Assembly (NCBI GenBank): GCA_963782545.1
Contig: CAWAKD010000007.1
Span: 1,497,310-1,561,309 of the forward strand
DNA: 64,000 nt
Source of the DNA: an uncultured delta proteobacterium
GTDB lineage: Bacteria > Myxococcota_A > Polyangia > Fen-1088
Direction: 5' to 3'
A program made the translations under genes and the position numbers. Below the pieces are notes generated by a model. It was not told the DNA's origin and did no database searches. It saw nothing but the letters and a program-made list of their open reading frames with translations. The first letter of the stretch is position 1, and every line of letters starts with the position of its first letter. Of the stretch, positions 1-8,594 are shown piece by piece.

Positions 1-442
1 ACTGGAGTTCCACCAACTCCTTTCCCGCCTCCCAACGCTGCGATCCCAGCTCGCGGATCGTGCGATTCTTCGCGCCCTGCACTACCTCGGTGAAAACCAA
101 CGTGTCGAGGCCCAGGTGGCCGCACTCGAACAAGGTCGGTTCCACGACTTCTTCCAGCTCGTGCGCGAGAGCGGATTGAGCTCGTTCCGCTGGCTGCAAA
201 ACATCGTTTCGCCGACAGGAGGGCCGAGGCAAAGCATGGCCTTGGCCCTGGCGTTGACGGAAGAGTTTCTGATGGGGTCGGGGGCTTGCCGGGTCCATGG
301 CGGAGGATTCGCGGGGACGATGCAAGCTTGGGTTCCGAGGGATCGCGCTTCCGCCTATCAAGCCTTCATGTCACCCGTCTTCGGCCCCCACGCGGTCACA
401 CCGCTGCAAATCCGCAACGAGGGCACCATCGTTCTACCGTGA
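1..442 (+). CDS. GHMP-family sugar kinase (galactokinase-like), 3' fragment; the 5' end lies outside the window
   Basis: The frame is open from nt 2. The C-terminal region resembles GalK/GHMP kinases (…ENQRVEAQVAALEQGRFHDFFQLV…RVHGGGFAGT…). The stop is at 440-442. Confidence 0.55.
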   Translation, partial: LEFHQLLSRLPTLRSQLADRAILRALHYLGENQRVEAQVAALEQGRFHDFFQLVRESGLSSFRWLQNIVSPTGGPRQSMALALALTEEFLMGSGACRVHGGGFAGTMQAWVPRDRASAYQAFMSPVFGPHAVTPLQIRNEGTIVLP

Positions 443-474
443 CGATTCCTCGAAGCCGAGGGTTCGATGCCCGC

Positions 475-1854
475 CTACGCGCCAAATTCGCGCAGGCGGT
501 AGCGCAGGATCTCACCCAACACGCGCGTCATCCGGCGCAGGGCCACCTCGCGGCTCTGGCCTGCCTCGCGGGCGAACGGGCGAATGGTCACCTGAGCGAA
601 AAGGCTGCCCGCCCGCCGCAAGCGCTCGAGCAACTCGAAACTGAACACGAAGGTTTCCGAGCGCACGTCGTCCAGCCTGACGGCTTCGAGCCAGCGCCGG
701 TGAAAGACGTAGGTGCCGGCGAAGTTCACGCGTAGATCCCCCAGGCCGCGCACGATCGCGCGGAAGACCCATGACAAGAGCCGGCGGCGCTCGCCGGACG
801 GTGGGACGGCGTAGGTGCTCACCACCGTGGTTTCAGGGGCGACGAGTGGCAGAAAGGCCAAGAGCGATTGCGCCCGGACTTGGCGATCCGCGGGGAGGTG
901 GGCGATGTAGTGGCAGCGGGCGGCGGCATAGCCGTCGCGCATGGCCGCGCCCATGCCCAGGTTGCGCGCGTGGCGGATCAAGCGCACGTCGCCCTCGCTG
1001 GCCGCCTGGGCGCGCGCCGAGGTTTCGTCGCTGGAGCCGTCATCGACTACGATGACCTCGTAGTCCGACAGCCACAGCCGACCCACGCGCCGGCAGTCGC
1101 GCACGGCTGCCGCAATCGAATCCTGCTCGTTCAGGGCCAACACCACCATGGACAAGCCATGCGCAGAGCGCGGGGCCAGGATGAGGTCGGCGGCCTCGTT
1201 CACCTCGGCGACCACGAAATCGGCGCCGGCCGCTTCCAGGCGCGCCACGCGATCCATCCCGGCTGCGTGACCGATGGCGACGATTTCGGTCGCAGGTCTT
1301 CCGGGATCGAGGCGTGCGGCCCTTGCCGCGGCCATGTCGGCGGGGTGATCGCCGAGCAAGAACGCGCGTGCGGCACCGGCTGCCGCGGGCATGGCGAGGA
1401 TGTCCAGCACCGCCCCGGCTGAGGGCTTGATCGAAACGGGGCCCGTGCGAGCCTTGACTGCGAAGAAGCGCGCCGGATCGACACCGACCGAGCGCAGCGC
1501 CCGCAGCGCGCTGGCGTGCAGGTTGTTGGTGTAAAGCGCGATGGGCAGACCGGCGAGGCGGTCGAGCAGAGCGCGGGCTCCGGGGTGAAGCGAACAACTC
1601 GGGGCGCAGCGTGCCTCCTCGGCGTCGATGACGGACCATGCGCGATCCGCCAGGCGGACAGCCTGCGCAGGATCGCGTGCGGCCAGACTCGCGCAGGCCG
1701 ACTCGATGCCCGCGATCAGGCCGCCGGCACCTAGGCTTGCGCCTTTGACGGTCAGGATTGCCTCGACCTCGTTCCGGACGCGGGAGGTGTCGAGGCGCAG
1801 ATCGACGAGGACACCGTCCAGATCGAGGACGACGACGGTGGCCGGATCGTTCAT
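475..1854 (-). CDS. Bifunctional HAD-superfamily phosphatase / family-2 glycosyltransferase
   Basis: The N-terminus has the HAD motif I (VVVLDLDGVLVD). A GT2 domain follows (VVLALNEQDSIAAAV…EVIVVDDGSSDET). The ATG at 1854 overlaps the upstream stop as ATGA, implying translational coupling. The long ORF start at 2004 was rejected. Confidence 0.65.
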   Translation of the reverse strand: MNDPATVVVLDLDGVLVDLRLDTSRVRNEVEAILTVKGASLGAGGLIAGIESACASLAARDPAQAVRLADRAWSVIDAEEARCAPSCSLHPGARALLDRLAGLPIALYTNNLHASALRALRSVGVDPARFFAVKARTGPVSIKPSAGAVLDILAMPAAAGAARAFLLGDHPADMAAARAARLDPGRPATEIVAIGHAAGMDRVARLEAAGADFVVAEVNEAADLILAPRSAHGLSMVVLALNEQDSIAAAVRDCRRVGRLWLSDYEVIVVDDGSSDETSARAQAASEGDVRLIRHARNLGMGAAMRDGYAAARCHYIAHLPADRQVRAQSLLAFLPLVAPETTVVSTYAVPPSGERRRLLSWVFRAIVRGLGDLRVNFAGTYVFHRRWLEAVRLDDVRSETFVFSFELLERLRRAGSLFAQVTIRPFAREAGQSREVALRRMTRVLGEILRYRLREFGA

Positions 1855-2906
1855 CGCCCCGGCCCGTCCAGATCGCGTGCCAGCACCGGGCCGCAGTCCA
1901 AGGTGCGCAGCCAGTACACGCCGGGTGGGATGGGATCGAGCAGGGGCGCCCCGGGGATGCTTTCGCCGAAGGCCAGCCGGACCGCCAAGTGGGGGAAATT
2001 GCAACCCGCCTCCGTGTAGAAATGAATGGTCGTGCCGAAGCGCCCGGCGTTGATCTCGGTGACCCGCGGCACGCCATCCTCGTCCTCGGTCATGTCTACG
2101 AAGAAGATGCCGTGCGGATTTCCCGGCAAGGCACGTACAGCCTTCTCGCCGATGTCGCGCACCCTGCGATCGACCAGGGTGCGGCTGACCGCCGGGGCCC
2201 CGGTGATACCGCTCGGGCTGACGTGGGGAATCACGTATTCAAGCCGCTCCCGCGTCTGCGCTGCAATCATCCGACCGCGCTCGAAAAGGCAGCACCAGGT
2301 GAGGTTGCGCCCGGGCAGAAAGCGGCTGGCGATGAAACCGCCCCACCCGCGATGGTGATCGATCCAGGCGATCGCGTGCTGCGGTTCGCGGCAAGGCAAG
2401 GAGGCCACGCCGATGCCGATGCCGGGAGCGCCGGAGCCGCGCACCCAGAGCGGCCGGGTGGGCACGGCGGCGAAGGCGGCGCGCACGTCGTCCTCGCGAT
2501 CGACGAGGAAGGTGTCCGGTACGGGCACGCCAGCCGCGCGCAGGGTGCGGAAGGTCTCCCACTTGGAATCCGCGCACAGAATGGCGTCGGTGTCCGGCAG
2601 GAAGAGGCGTACGCCGCCGAGCCGGTCGCGGTGGGACGCCAGGGTCCGCACCTCGACCGGGTGGGTGGGTAGCACGAGATCGATCGACTCGTCGGCGATG
2701 ATACGAGCCATCGCGGTCAGGTAGGCTTCGGTCTCGCGTGCATGCGGGATGAGGAAGGTTCGATCGGCGAGCGAGAGCGGCAGGTGGTAGCGGTTGGCTT
2801 CGGTGCCGAAGATGGCGAGCGCCGCGGGAGCCGCGCGTAGCGAGCGGGTCACGTTGCTACCCAGGGGCCCGCCGGTGCCGGTCACCAGAATGCGGCGATC
2901 GCTCAC
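1851..2906 (-). CDS. ATP-grasp domain ligase with pre-ATP-grasp Rossmann N-terminus
   Basis: The N-terminus has RILVTGTGGPLG. The ATP-grasp core has …GIFFVDMTEDEDGVPRVTEINAGRFGTT…. The GTG start at 2906 overlaps the stop of the upstream deacetylase gene as GTGA. Confidence 0.6.
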   Translation of the reverse strand: MSDRRILVTGTGGPLGSNVTRSLRAAPAALAIFGTEANRYHLPLSLADRTFLIPHARETEAYLTAMARIIADESIDLVLPTHPVEVRTLASHRDRLGGVRLFLPDTDAILCADSKWETFRTLRAAGVPVPDTFLVDREDDVRAAFAAVPTRPLWVRGSGAPGIGIGVASLPCREPQHAIAWIDHHRGWGGFIASRFLPGRNLTWCCLFERGRMIAAQTRERLEYVIPHVSPSGITGAPAVSRTLVDRRVRDIGEKAVRALPGNPHGIFFVDMTEDEDGVPRVTEINAGRFGTTIHFYTEAGCNFPHLAVRLAFGESIPGAPLLDPIPPGVYWLRTLDCGPVLARDLDGPGR

Positions 2907-3688
2907 GGTTCGTCCTCGCGGTCCGGTGGCGCGGAGCTCTCGGCGGTACGCCCCGGGAAGGACTCGGCCGCGTGGAAGCCGTCGGCGACATGGTCTAGCG
3001 TGCGCATGTCTTGGGCGCGCAGCCGTCCCGCCAACGCCAGGAACAAACTGCGAATCCCTGGCCCCTCGCGCCGCCGCGCTCGCGCCGCCGCCGGGTCGGC
3101 CAGCACCGGCTTGGCCGCCTCGTAGTCGCTCATTTCGCAGGTGTTGAGGTAGAGGTGCACCGGGTGAAAATTGAAGATCTTCAGGCCGGGCGCTGCGAGC
3201 CGCAAGGCCGGCAGATCGAATCGGCCACTGAAGTATTGGCAGTGGACGTCGTCTTCCCAATAGATGGGCAAGCGCACGAGACCGCTCCAGTCGTAGTAGG
3301 GCACAAGCCCGGGATGCAGAAACATGAGGTCGTTGGAAAAGTACCGGATACCATTGCGCGAAAACAGCGGCAGGAGGCGCGAGTGATAGAAGAGAGCGTG
3401 GTTGCGCACCCCGACCGCGCCGGGAAAGGCCCGCAACAGGCGCGTCAGCACCGCGTCCTCGTCGACGCCGCCCAGGAAATTGGGGTGGACCCCGGTCTCG
3501 ACGGTCTCCAGGGCCAGCAGGGCGTCCACGGCAGGGCTTTCGTGGGTGGTGAAGATGGTCGCGGGAAGGCCGACCTGCTGCAAGAGAAGCCGCGTATCCT
3601 CGAGCACGTGGTCGGGGGCCCAGTCGAGATCCAGGGTCAGGCAGATTTCCGATGCGCGGGCGGGGGATGGATCGGGCCGAGACACCAT
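2903..3688 (-). CDS. Polysaccharide-deacetylase-like (NodB/7-stranded barrel type) protein
   Basis: 261-aa ORF. Motifs include LTLDLDWAPDHV, HPNFLGG and YFSNDLMFLHPG. It is the first gene of the minus-strand operon deacetylase > ATP-grasp > HAD/GT2. Confidence 0.5.
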   Translation of the reverse strand: MVSRPDPSPARASEICLTLDLDWAPDHVLEDTRLLLQQVGLPATIFTTHESPAVDALLALETVETGVHPNFLGGVDEDAVLTRLLRAFPGAVGVRNHALFYHSRLLPLFSRNGIRYFSNDLMFLHPGLVPYYDWSGLVRLPIYWEDDVHCQYFSGRFDLPALRLAAPGLKIFNFHPVHLYLNTCEMSDYEAAKPVLADPAAARARRREGPGIRSLFLALAGRLRAQDMRTLDHVADGFHAAESFPGRTAESSAPPDREDEP

Positions 3689-3963
3689 AAAGCGCCAGGA
3701 TACCAGATGCCGTCTCGATTCGGCACGCGGCGGAGGGAGACGCTTTGAAGGGTCGAATTCCTCACTTCCCCGATGTGAGTTCGGTCAGCCTGCATTGACG
3801 CGTGGATCGCTGATGACTGGCCCGACCAACATCAGTTTTCTGACGAAACCGCGGCATGCTTGTCGGTCGCCAGAAAGGAAACGCCCTTGGGCTGATGCGA
3901 TCGATGGCCAGCAGCCTGGCTGGCACGACCGTTGCTGGCGAAGAAGAGCCAACGGGAGGAACC
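3689..3963. promoter_or_regulatory. Divergent intergenic region between the deacetylase operon and the radical-SAM gene; it must carry both promoters
   Basis: 275 bp of non-coding sequence separate two divergently oriented gene starts. A GGGAGGA RBS sits 4 nt before the ATG at 3964. Confidence 0.3.
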
Positions 3964-6048
3964 ATGCGAGTACTACTTGTCGGTCCTGATCTGGAAGAGA
4001 ACCTATCGCTCCGCTATCTCTCCTCGTCTCTGCGCGCCGCCGGGCACGAGGCCGAAATCGCGCCGTTCGATTCGGTGTCCGACGCACCCGCCGTGCGGGC
4101 TGCGTCTGCTGGCGCGGATCTCGTGGGGTTGTCCATGTGCTACCAGATCCGCGCTTCCGAGTTCCTGGCCCTCGCTCGCGACCTCAAGCAGTCCAATCCC
4201 AACCAGCGTGTGATCGCCGGCGGCCACTATGCCTCTTGCGCGGCCACCGAATTGCTCGGCCGCCATCCGGAGATCGACCTTATCGCGGTTCACGAATGCG
4301 AGCAGACCATCGTGGATCTCGCCTCGCTGCCTTCGTGGACCGAAGAGCACTTGTCACATGTCCCCGGCCTGGTCTATCGCGCGCAGGGCCGGCTGGCCAC
4401 GACCCGGCCGCGCGCGGCGCTCGCAGACCTCGATAGTCTGCCTTGGCCCGACCGATCCGGGCCGGCGCGCCTGATGGCCGGCGTACCCACGGCCTACATG
4501 ATGGGCAGCCGCGGGTGTCTGAGCGCGTGCGACTACTGCTGCATCTCCACCATGCATCGAATGGTATCCGGCCAGCGCTTCCGCCAGCGCAGTCCGGAAG
4601 ACATCGTCGAAGAAATGACCTGGCTCTACCGCGAGCGCGGGGTGCGACAGTTCATCTTCCACGACGACAACTTCCTGGTGCCGCAGGTGGAGCGCAACAT
4701 GGAACGAATCGAAGCCCTCGACCGGGCCATGCGCCGCCGCCGTCTGCGCCGTGTCGCCCTGGCGCTCAAGTGCCGGCCCGCCGACGTGGATCGGCAGGCG
4801 TTTCTGCGCCTGCGTGAAATGGGACTGCTGCGCGTGTTCCTGGGCATCGAATCCGGCAGCCGCGCCGGACTCGAGTCGATCGGACGCCGCCAGACCGTCG
4901 AGCAGGAGCACCGTGCCCTCGCCATCTGCGAAGACCTCGGCATCTCCACGCAGTACACCATCATCATGTTTCACCCCGAGGCCAGCTTGCCATCCATGCG
5001 CGAAGATCTCGCCTTCGTCTCCGCGCACGCCGGCCACCCGCTCAGCTTTTGCCGCGCTGAAATTTACACCGGCACGCCACTCGAACGGCGCATGCTTCGG
5101 CAATCGCGCGCGCGCGGAAACTACCTGGCCCGGGAGTATTCGTATACCGACCCCATGACGACGCACGCCTGGAATGCCGCGTGGGATCTCCTACGTCAGC
5201 GCTGTTTCGCTCCCGATCATCTCCTGGGTCAGATTGTGCGCTTGGATCACCAGGCCGCAGTCCTCCAGCATTTCTACGAGGGACGCGACATCGACATCCT
5301 GGCGGCCGACTTCGCGGCCTTCGAGCTGGAAGCAAACCGCGACACGGTCGCGCTGATCGAGGATCTCTTCGCAATCTGCGAAGCGCACCCCGACCCCGAC
5401 TCCACGATCTTTCGCGCGCGATTCGCGGAACTGCGCGACCGCGAGCGAAGCCGGTGCGAGTTCCTCGTTCGCCGCGCCTGCGCCTTCCGCCAAGCGATGC
5501 AGGAGCATTCCTTGGGTCGCATGGGGCTTGCGCGCACGGGACGCACGCCCGCGACGGATGCCAATTTCCTCGAACGGCTCCCGCGTCACGCGGCCGCCGT
5601 GTTCCTGGCCGTCGGGCTCCTGAACTGCAATTCGAAGGGTGGGATCGACGCCAGCCGCAAGGACGCGTCGGCCGCCGACAGCTCGCCTGTCGCCGACACC
5701 AAGCCCAACGCCGACACGAGCACGTTCAAGGATCAAGGTGGCATGTTCGAGGCGCCGCCTCCGCCCATGGATGCGCCCGTCCAGATGGGGACTGACGCGC
5801 AGCCGGATATCCAGCCCGACACCCGGCCCGATGCCGGTCTCGACAGGCGTGATGCCGACACCGCCGACGGTCGCAATGTGAGCAGCGACGTGATGACCGG
5901 TGAGGCTGGCGCTCTCGATGGTGGAAATGCTGCCGACAGCAAGGCGATCTTGGACACCGCCGTCTTCAAGGATCAGGGCGGCATGTTCGAAGCGCCGCCA
6001 TCCCCCATGAATGCCACAAACGCGAAGCCAGACGCGTCGAGCGACTAG
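3964..6048 (+). CDS. Cobalamin-binding (class B) radical SAM enzyme with an unusual ~175-aa low-complexity lipoprotein-like C-terminal extension
   Basis: A B12-binding domain starts the protein (MRVLLVGPDLEENLSLRYLSS…). The radical SAM cluster motif is GSRGCLSACDYCC (CxxxCxxC). A strong RBS lies 4 nt upstream. From about nt 5520 the frame continues into RLPRHAAAVFLAVGLLNC, which resembles a lipoprotein signal. That is followed by an Asp/Ala/Pro-rich segment with two copies of FKDQGGMFEAPP(P/S)PM. Confidence 0.75.
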   Translation: MRVLLVGPDLEENLSLRYLSSSLRAAGHEAEIAPFDSVSDAPAVRAASAGADLVGLSMCYQIRASEFLALARDLKQSNPNQRVIAGGHYASCAATELLGRHPEIDLIAVHECEQTIVDLASLPSWTEEHLSHVPGLVYRAQGRLATTRPRAALADLDSLPWPDRSGPARLMAGVPTAYMMGSRGCLSACDYCCISTMHRMVSGQRFRQRSPEDIVEEMTWLYRERGVRQFIFHDDNFLVPQVERNMERIEALDRAMRRRRLRRVALALKCRPADVDRQAFLRLREMGLLRVFLGIESGSRAGLESIGRRQTVEQEHRALAICEDLGISTQYTIIMFHPEASLPSMREDLAFVSAHAGHPLSFCRAEIYTGTPLERRMLRQSRARGNYLAREYSYTDPMTTHAWNAAWDLLRQRCFAPDHLLGQIVRLDHQAAVLQHFYEGRDIDILAADFAAFELEANRDTVALIEDLFAICEAHPDPDSTIFRARFAELRDRERSRCEFLVRRACAFRQAMQEHSLGRMGLARTGRTPATDANFLERLPRHAAAVFLAVGLLNCNSKGGIDASRKDASAADSSPVADTKPNADTSTFKDQGGMFEAPPPPMDAPVQMGTDAQPDIQPDTRPDAGLDRRDADTADGRNVSSDVMTGEAGALDGGNAADSKAILDTAVFKDQGGMFEAPPSPMNATNAKPDASSD

Positions 6049-6216
6049 TTGCTGACCAGCCTTGCTCCGGCAACTGTTCGAGACCAACCAGCCGGTTCGG
6101 CTACGAAAACGTGGACGGGCGAAGCACGATGTCGCGCGCGGAGATTGGTGGAGGGCGGCTGTGCTTCTCCGCGCCTGCTTCATCGACTACACTTCCCCAT
6201 CCACGTCGGAGGCAAC

Positions 6217-7155
6217 ATGCGGCTCGCTCTTTTCGCCATCTTTCTCGGCACCGGACTGATTCTGACGTCTTGTTCGCGGACACCCTTGGAGGTTTCGGAG
6301 AATTACGTGGCAGCCACGGGCGGGACCGCCGGAAAGGGTGGGACGGTCGGCGCGGGCGGCGCGCTCGGCACCGGGGGCAGTTCGGGTGGAACGAGCGGCA
6401 CGGTTTCTTTGAACTGCACGGACCACTCCTCCACGCTGACCCGGCTCGCCACGGATTTTGGCGGCACCTTCGTCACCGTGGACGGAAGCTCGAAGCAGTA
6501 CTTCATGCAAGCCAACTGGTGGGGGCTGTTCAATCAGGAGGTGGAAACCGTGGATGGGCTGTCGTTTTCCGTGGCCAACCCCGCCGGGGCCGCATCGAGC
6601 AACAACAATCCCATGGGCTACCCATCCCTGTTCATCGGGTCGTACGCTGGGCACACCACGACGGGTAGCAACCTGCCCAAGCAGGTGTCCGCGTTGAAGA
6701 ACGTCTACACGTTCTTCTCGACCAACGCGAGCAGCATGGGCTACGCCAACTACAACGCAGCCTATGACGTATGGCTGACCGCCGCGGGTACGCCCCTGCC
6801 CACGACGCAATATAGCCCAGGGGTGGGTGGCGCGTACCTGATGGTGTGGCTCTTCAAGCCCACGGATCGCCAGCCACGCGGGTTCAATGCGCACCCCAGC
6901 CAACCGGTTCGTGGACTTCCGGGAACGTGGGACGTCTGGATCGATAGCAGCACCGATCCGCCATGCATCTCGTACGTCAGCACCGCACCGCTCGACAACC
7001 TGGACTACGACCTCAATGACTTCATCCAGGACTCGGTCACCAAGGGCTACGGCATCACCAGCAGCATGTACCTGAGTATCATCTTCGGCGGCTTCGAAAT
7101 CTGGGGCGGCGGCGACGGCATTCAGGCCAAGGCGTTCTGCGCCAACGTCCTTTAG
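6217..7155 (+). CDS. GH12-like secreted lipoprotein (the catalytic nucleophile Glu appears to be missing)
   Basis: The ATG at 6217 has a GGAGG 7 nt upstream. The signal peptide is MRLALFAIFLGTGLILTSC. GH12-type motifs are present: QANWWGL, AAYDVWL, AYLMVWL (the canonical form is YELMIWL) and GGFEIWGG. Confidence 0.5.
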   Translation: MRLALFAIFLGTGLILTSCSRTPLEVSENYVAATGGTAGKGGTVGAGGALGTGGSSGGTSGTVSLNCTDHSSTLTRLATDFGGTFVTVDGSSKQYFMQANWWGLFNQEVETVDGLSFSVANPAGAASSNNNPMGYPSLFIGSYAGHTTTGSNLPKQVSALKNVYTFFSTNASSMGYANYNAAYDVWLTAAGTPLPTTQYSPGVGGAYLMVWLFKPTDRQPRGFNAHPSQPVRGLPGTWDVWIDSSTDPPCISYVSTAPLDNLDYDLNDFIQDSVTKGYGITSSMYLSIIFGGFEIWGGGDGIQAKAFCANVL

Positions 7156-7379
7156 AGGAGCCATGGCGTTGACAGCGGCCCCAAGGCCGTTTCTCACGCC
7201 GTTCGAGGTGCTGCTGCTTGCCGCTGCGGTGATGGTCAATCATTCGCGCGCAAAAAGGGAGCCGAACTTGGCTCAGAGACCACTGCGCCCCTAAACCACC
7301 ATCGCCGGGCTCCACTGAGGCGGATCGATCCGCTCTGGGTGATTCCCGTCGCGCGAACTGCCAATAGGAGAAAAGAAGA

Positions 7380-8360
7380 ATGAAACGTAGGTCGAATCTT
7401 GCGCTCGTTTTGGGCGTGGTGGCCGGACTGGGTCTGGCCGGGTGTAGTCCTTCGACAACCGCCGGAGGTAGCTCCGGGGGCACGCCCGGGACGGGCGGGG
7501 CGTCAGGGCTTGGCGGTTCCACCGCAAGCGGCGGTTCGACCGGCGAGGGAGGCGCAGCAAGCAGCGGCGGAACCACTGGTGGTGGTGGGGCAACGACGGC
7601 GGGAGGCGGCAATGGTTCCGGCGGTACGGTCGACGCAGGTGGGGCCGTGACCTCGGGCGGTGCAACGGGCACAGCCGGAGACTCCGGCAGCGGTGGCAGC
7701 ACGGCCGCGGGCGGGAGGGAATCGTCCGGCGGTGCGACATCCGTGGGTGGCAGCAGTACGAGCACCGGTGGAGCGGAGGCGACAGGTGGCAATGCGAACA
7801 CGGGCGGCGCGACATCTGCCGGCGGAAGCACTGGAGGCACGACAGCCGATGGCGGAAGCACTGGCACGGGCGGTACGACGACAACGGGCGGTACGACGGG
7901 GGCCGGCACTTTCACCCCGCTGTGCGCGGGCCTGACGACTGCTGACGGCACGGCACCAACCAAGGGAGGCGCCTGCACCGCGACGGATCCGCAACTTTGC
8001 TACAAGACCTGCGGCCCAGAAAGCAAGGGTTTCAAATCCGAGACCTGCACCTCAAATGTGTACGTCGAACAATCGGGATGTAGCTTCGAGGCAGGTGACT
8101 ATTCCTGCTACAAGATTCCAACCGCGACGGACTCAACTTGTCCGACGACAGCACCGCAAGCCAGCTCGGCTTGCAGCGTGGCTGCTTGCGTGATCTGCGG
8201 CGACACGACCGGATACCTTGACTCATCGGGCACATCGAAGACCGGCTATTGCGTATGCCCTGCATCGGGCAAGTGGAGCTGCGCCAGCGCGACGGCGTGG
8301 CCATGCTCGCCAACCGGAGGCCCAACAAACGGCGCGGACGTGGGCGTGACCGGCTGCTGA
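7380..8360 (+). CDS. Lipoprotein with a long Gly/Ser/Thr linker and a conserved C-terminal Cys-rich domain
   Basis: The lipobox is LAGCS. About 170 aa of (GG[ST])n linker follow. The 140-aa C-terminal domain (PLCAGLTTADGTAPTKGGACTATDPQLCYKTCGPESKGFKSETCT…) is about 70% identical to the C-terminus of the 27623..28306 product. Confidence 0.7.
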   Translation: MKRRSNLALVLGVVAGLGLAGCSPSTTAGGSSGGTPGTGGASGLGGSTASGGSTGEGGAASSGGTTGGGGATTAGGGNGSGGTVDAGGAVTSGGATGTAGDSGSGGSTAAGGRESSGGATSVGGSSTSTGGAEATGGNANTGGATSAGGSTGGTTADGGSTGTGGTTTTGGTTGAGTFTPLCAGLTTADGTAPTKGGACTATDPQLCYKTCGPESKGFKSETCTSNVYVEQSGCSFEAGDYSCYKIPTATDSTCPTTAPQASSACSVAACVICGDTTGYLDSSGTSKTGYCVCPASGKWSCASATAWPCSPTGGPTNGADVGVTGC

Positions 8361-8594
8361 GGCAACCGCGGCGATCCAGGCATCGCGACCATAAGGAGCC
8401 ACGAAAAGACAACTTGTGCAAAGAGCGCGGCGAGGCGCCCGGATGGCAAGGAGCGAGGAGCGCGCATACCCGTCGCTATGTAAGCGACGAGCGACGCAGC
8501 CAGCCGGGATGGATCGGCCGCGCACCTGCTAAAGTTATCTTTGAGCGGCGACTAACCGTTGCGTGGGAGCGAAGGCGGCGAGCGGCCTCGCTGG

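Noticed and set aside
1040-2077. 345-aa Arg-rich minus-strand ORF and several plus-strand ORFs at 286..2672
   Set aside because: They are alternative-frame artefacts of the GC-rich HAD/GT2 and ATP-grasp coding regions, whose true frames carry recognisable motifs.
3856-3963. 36-aa N-terminal extension of the radical-SAM ORF
   Set aside because: The B12-binding domain starts at MRVLLVGPD, and a GGGAGGA RBS precedes the ATG at 3964.
7079-7978. 299-aa Pro/Ala-rich ORF on the minus strand
   Set aside because: It is a shadow ORF antisense to the GGx-codon linker of the 7380..8360 lipoprotein gene, so its composition comes from reverse-complemented Gly codons.
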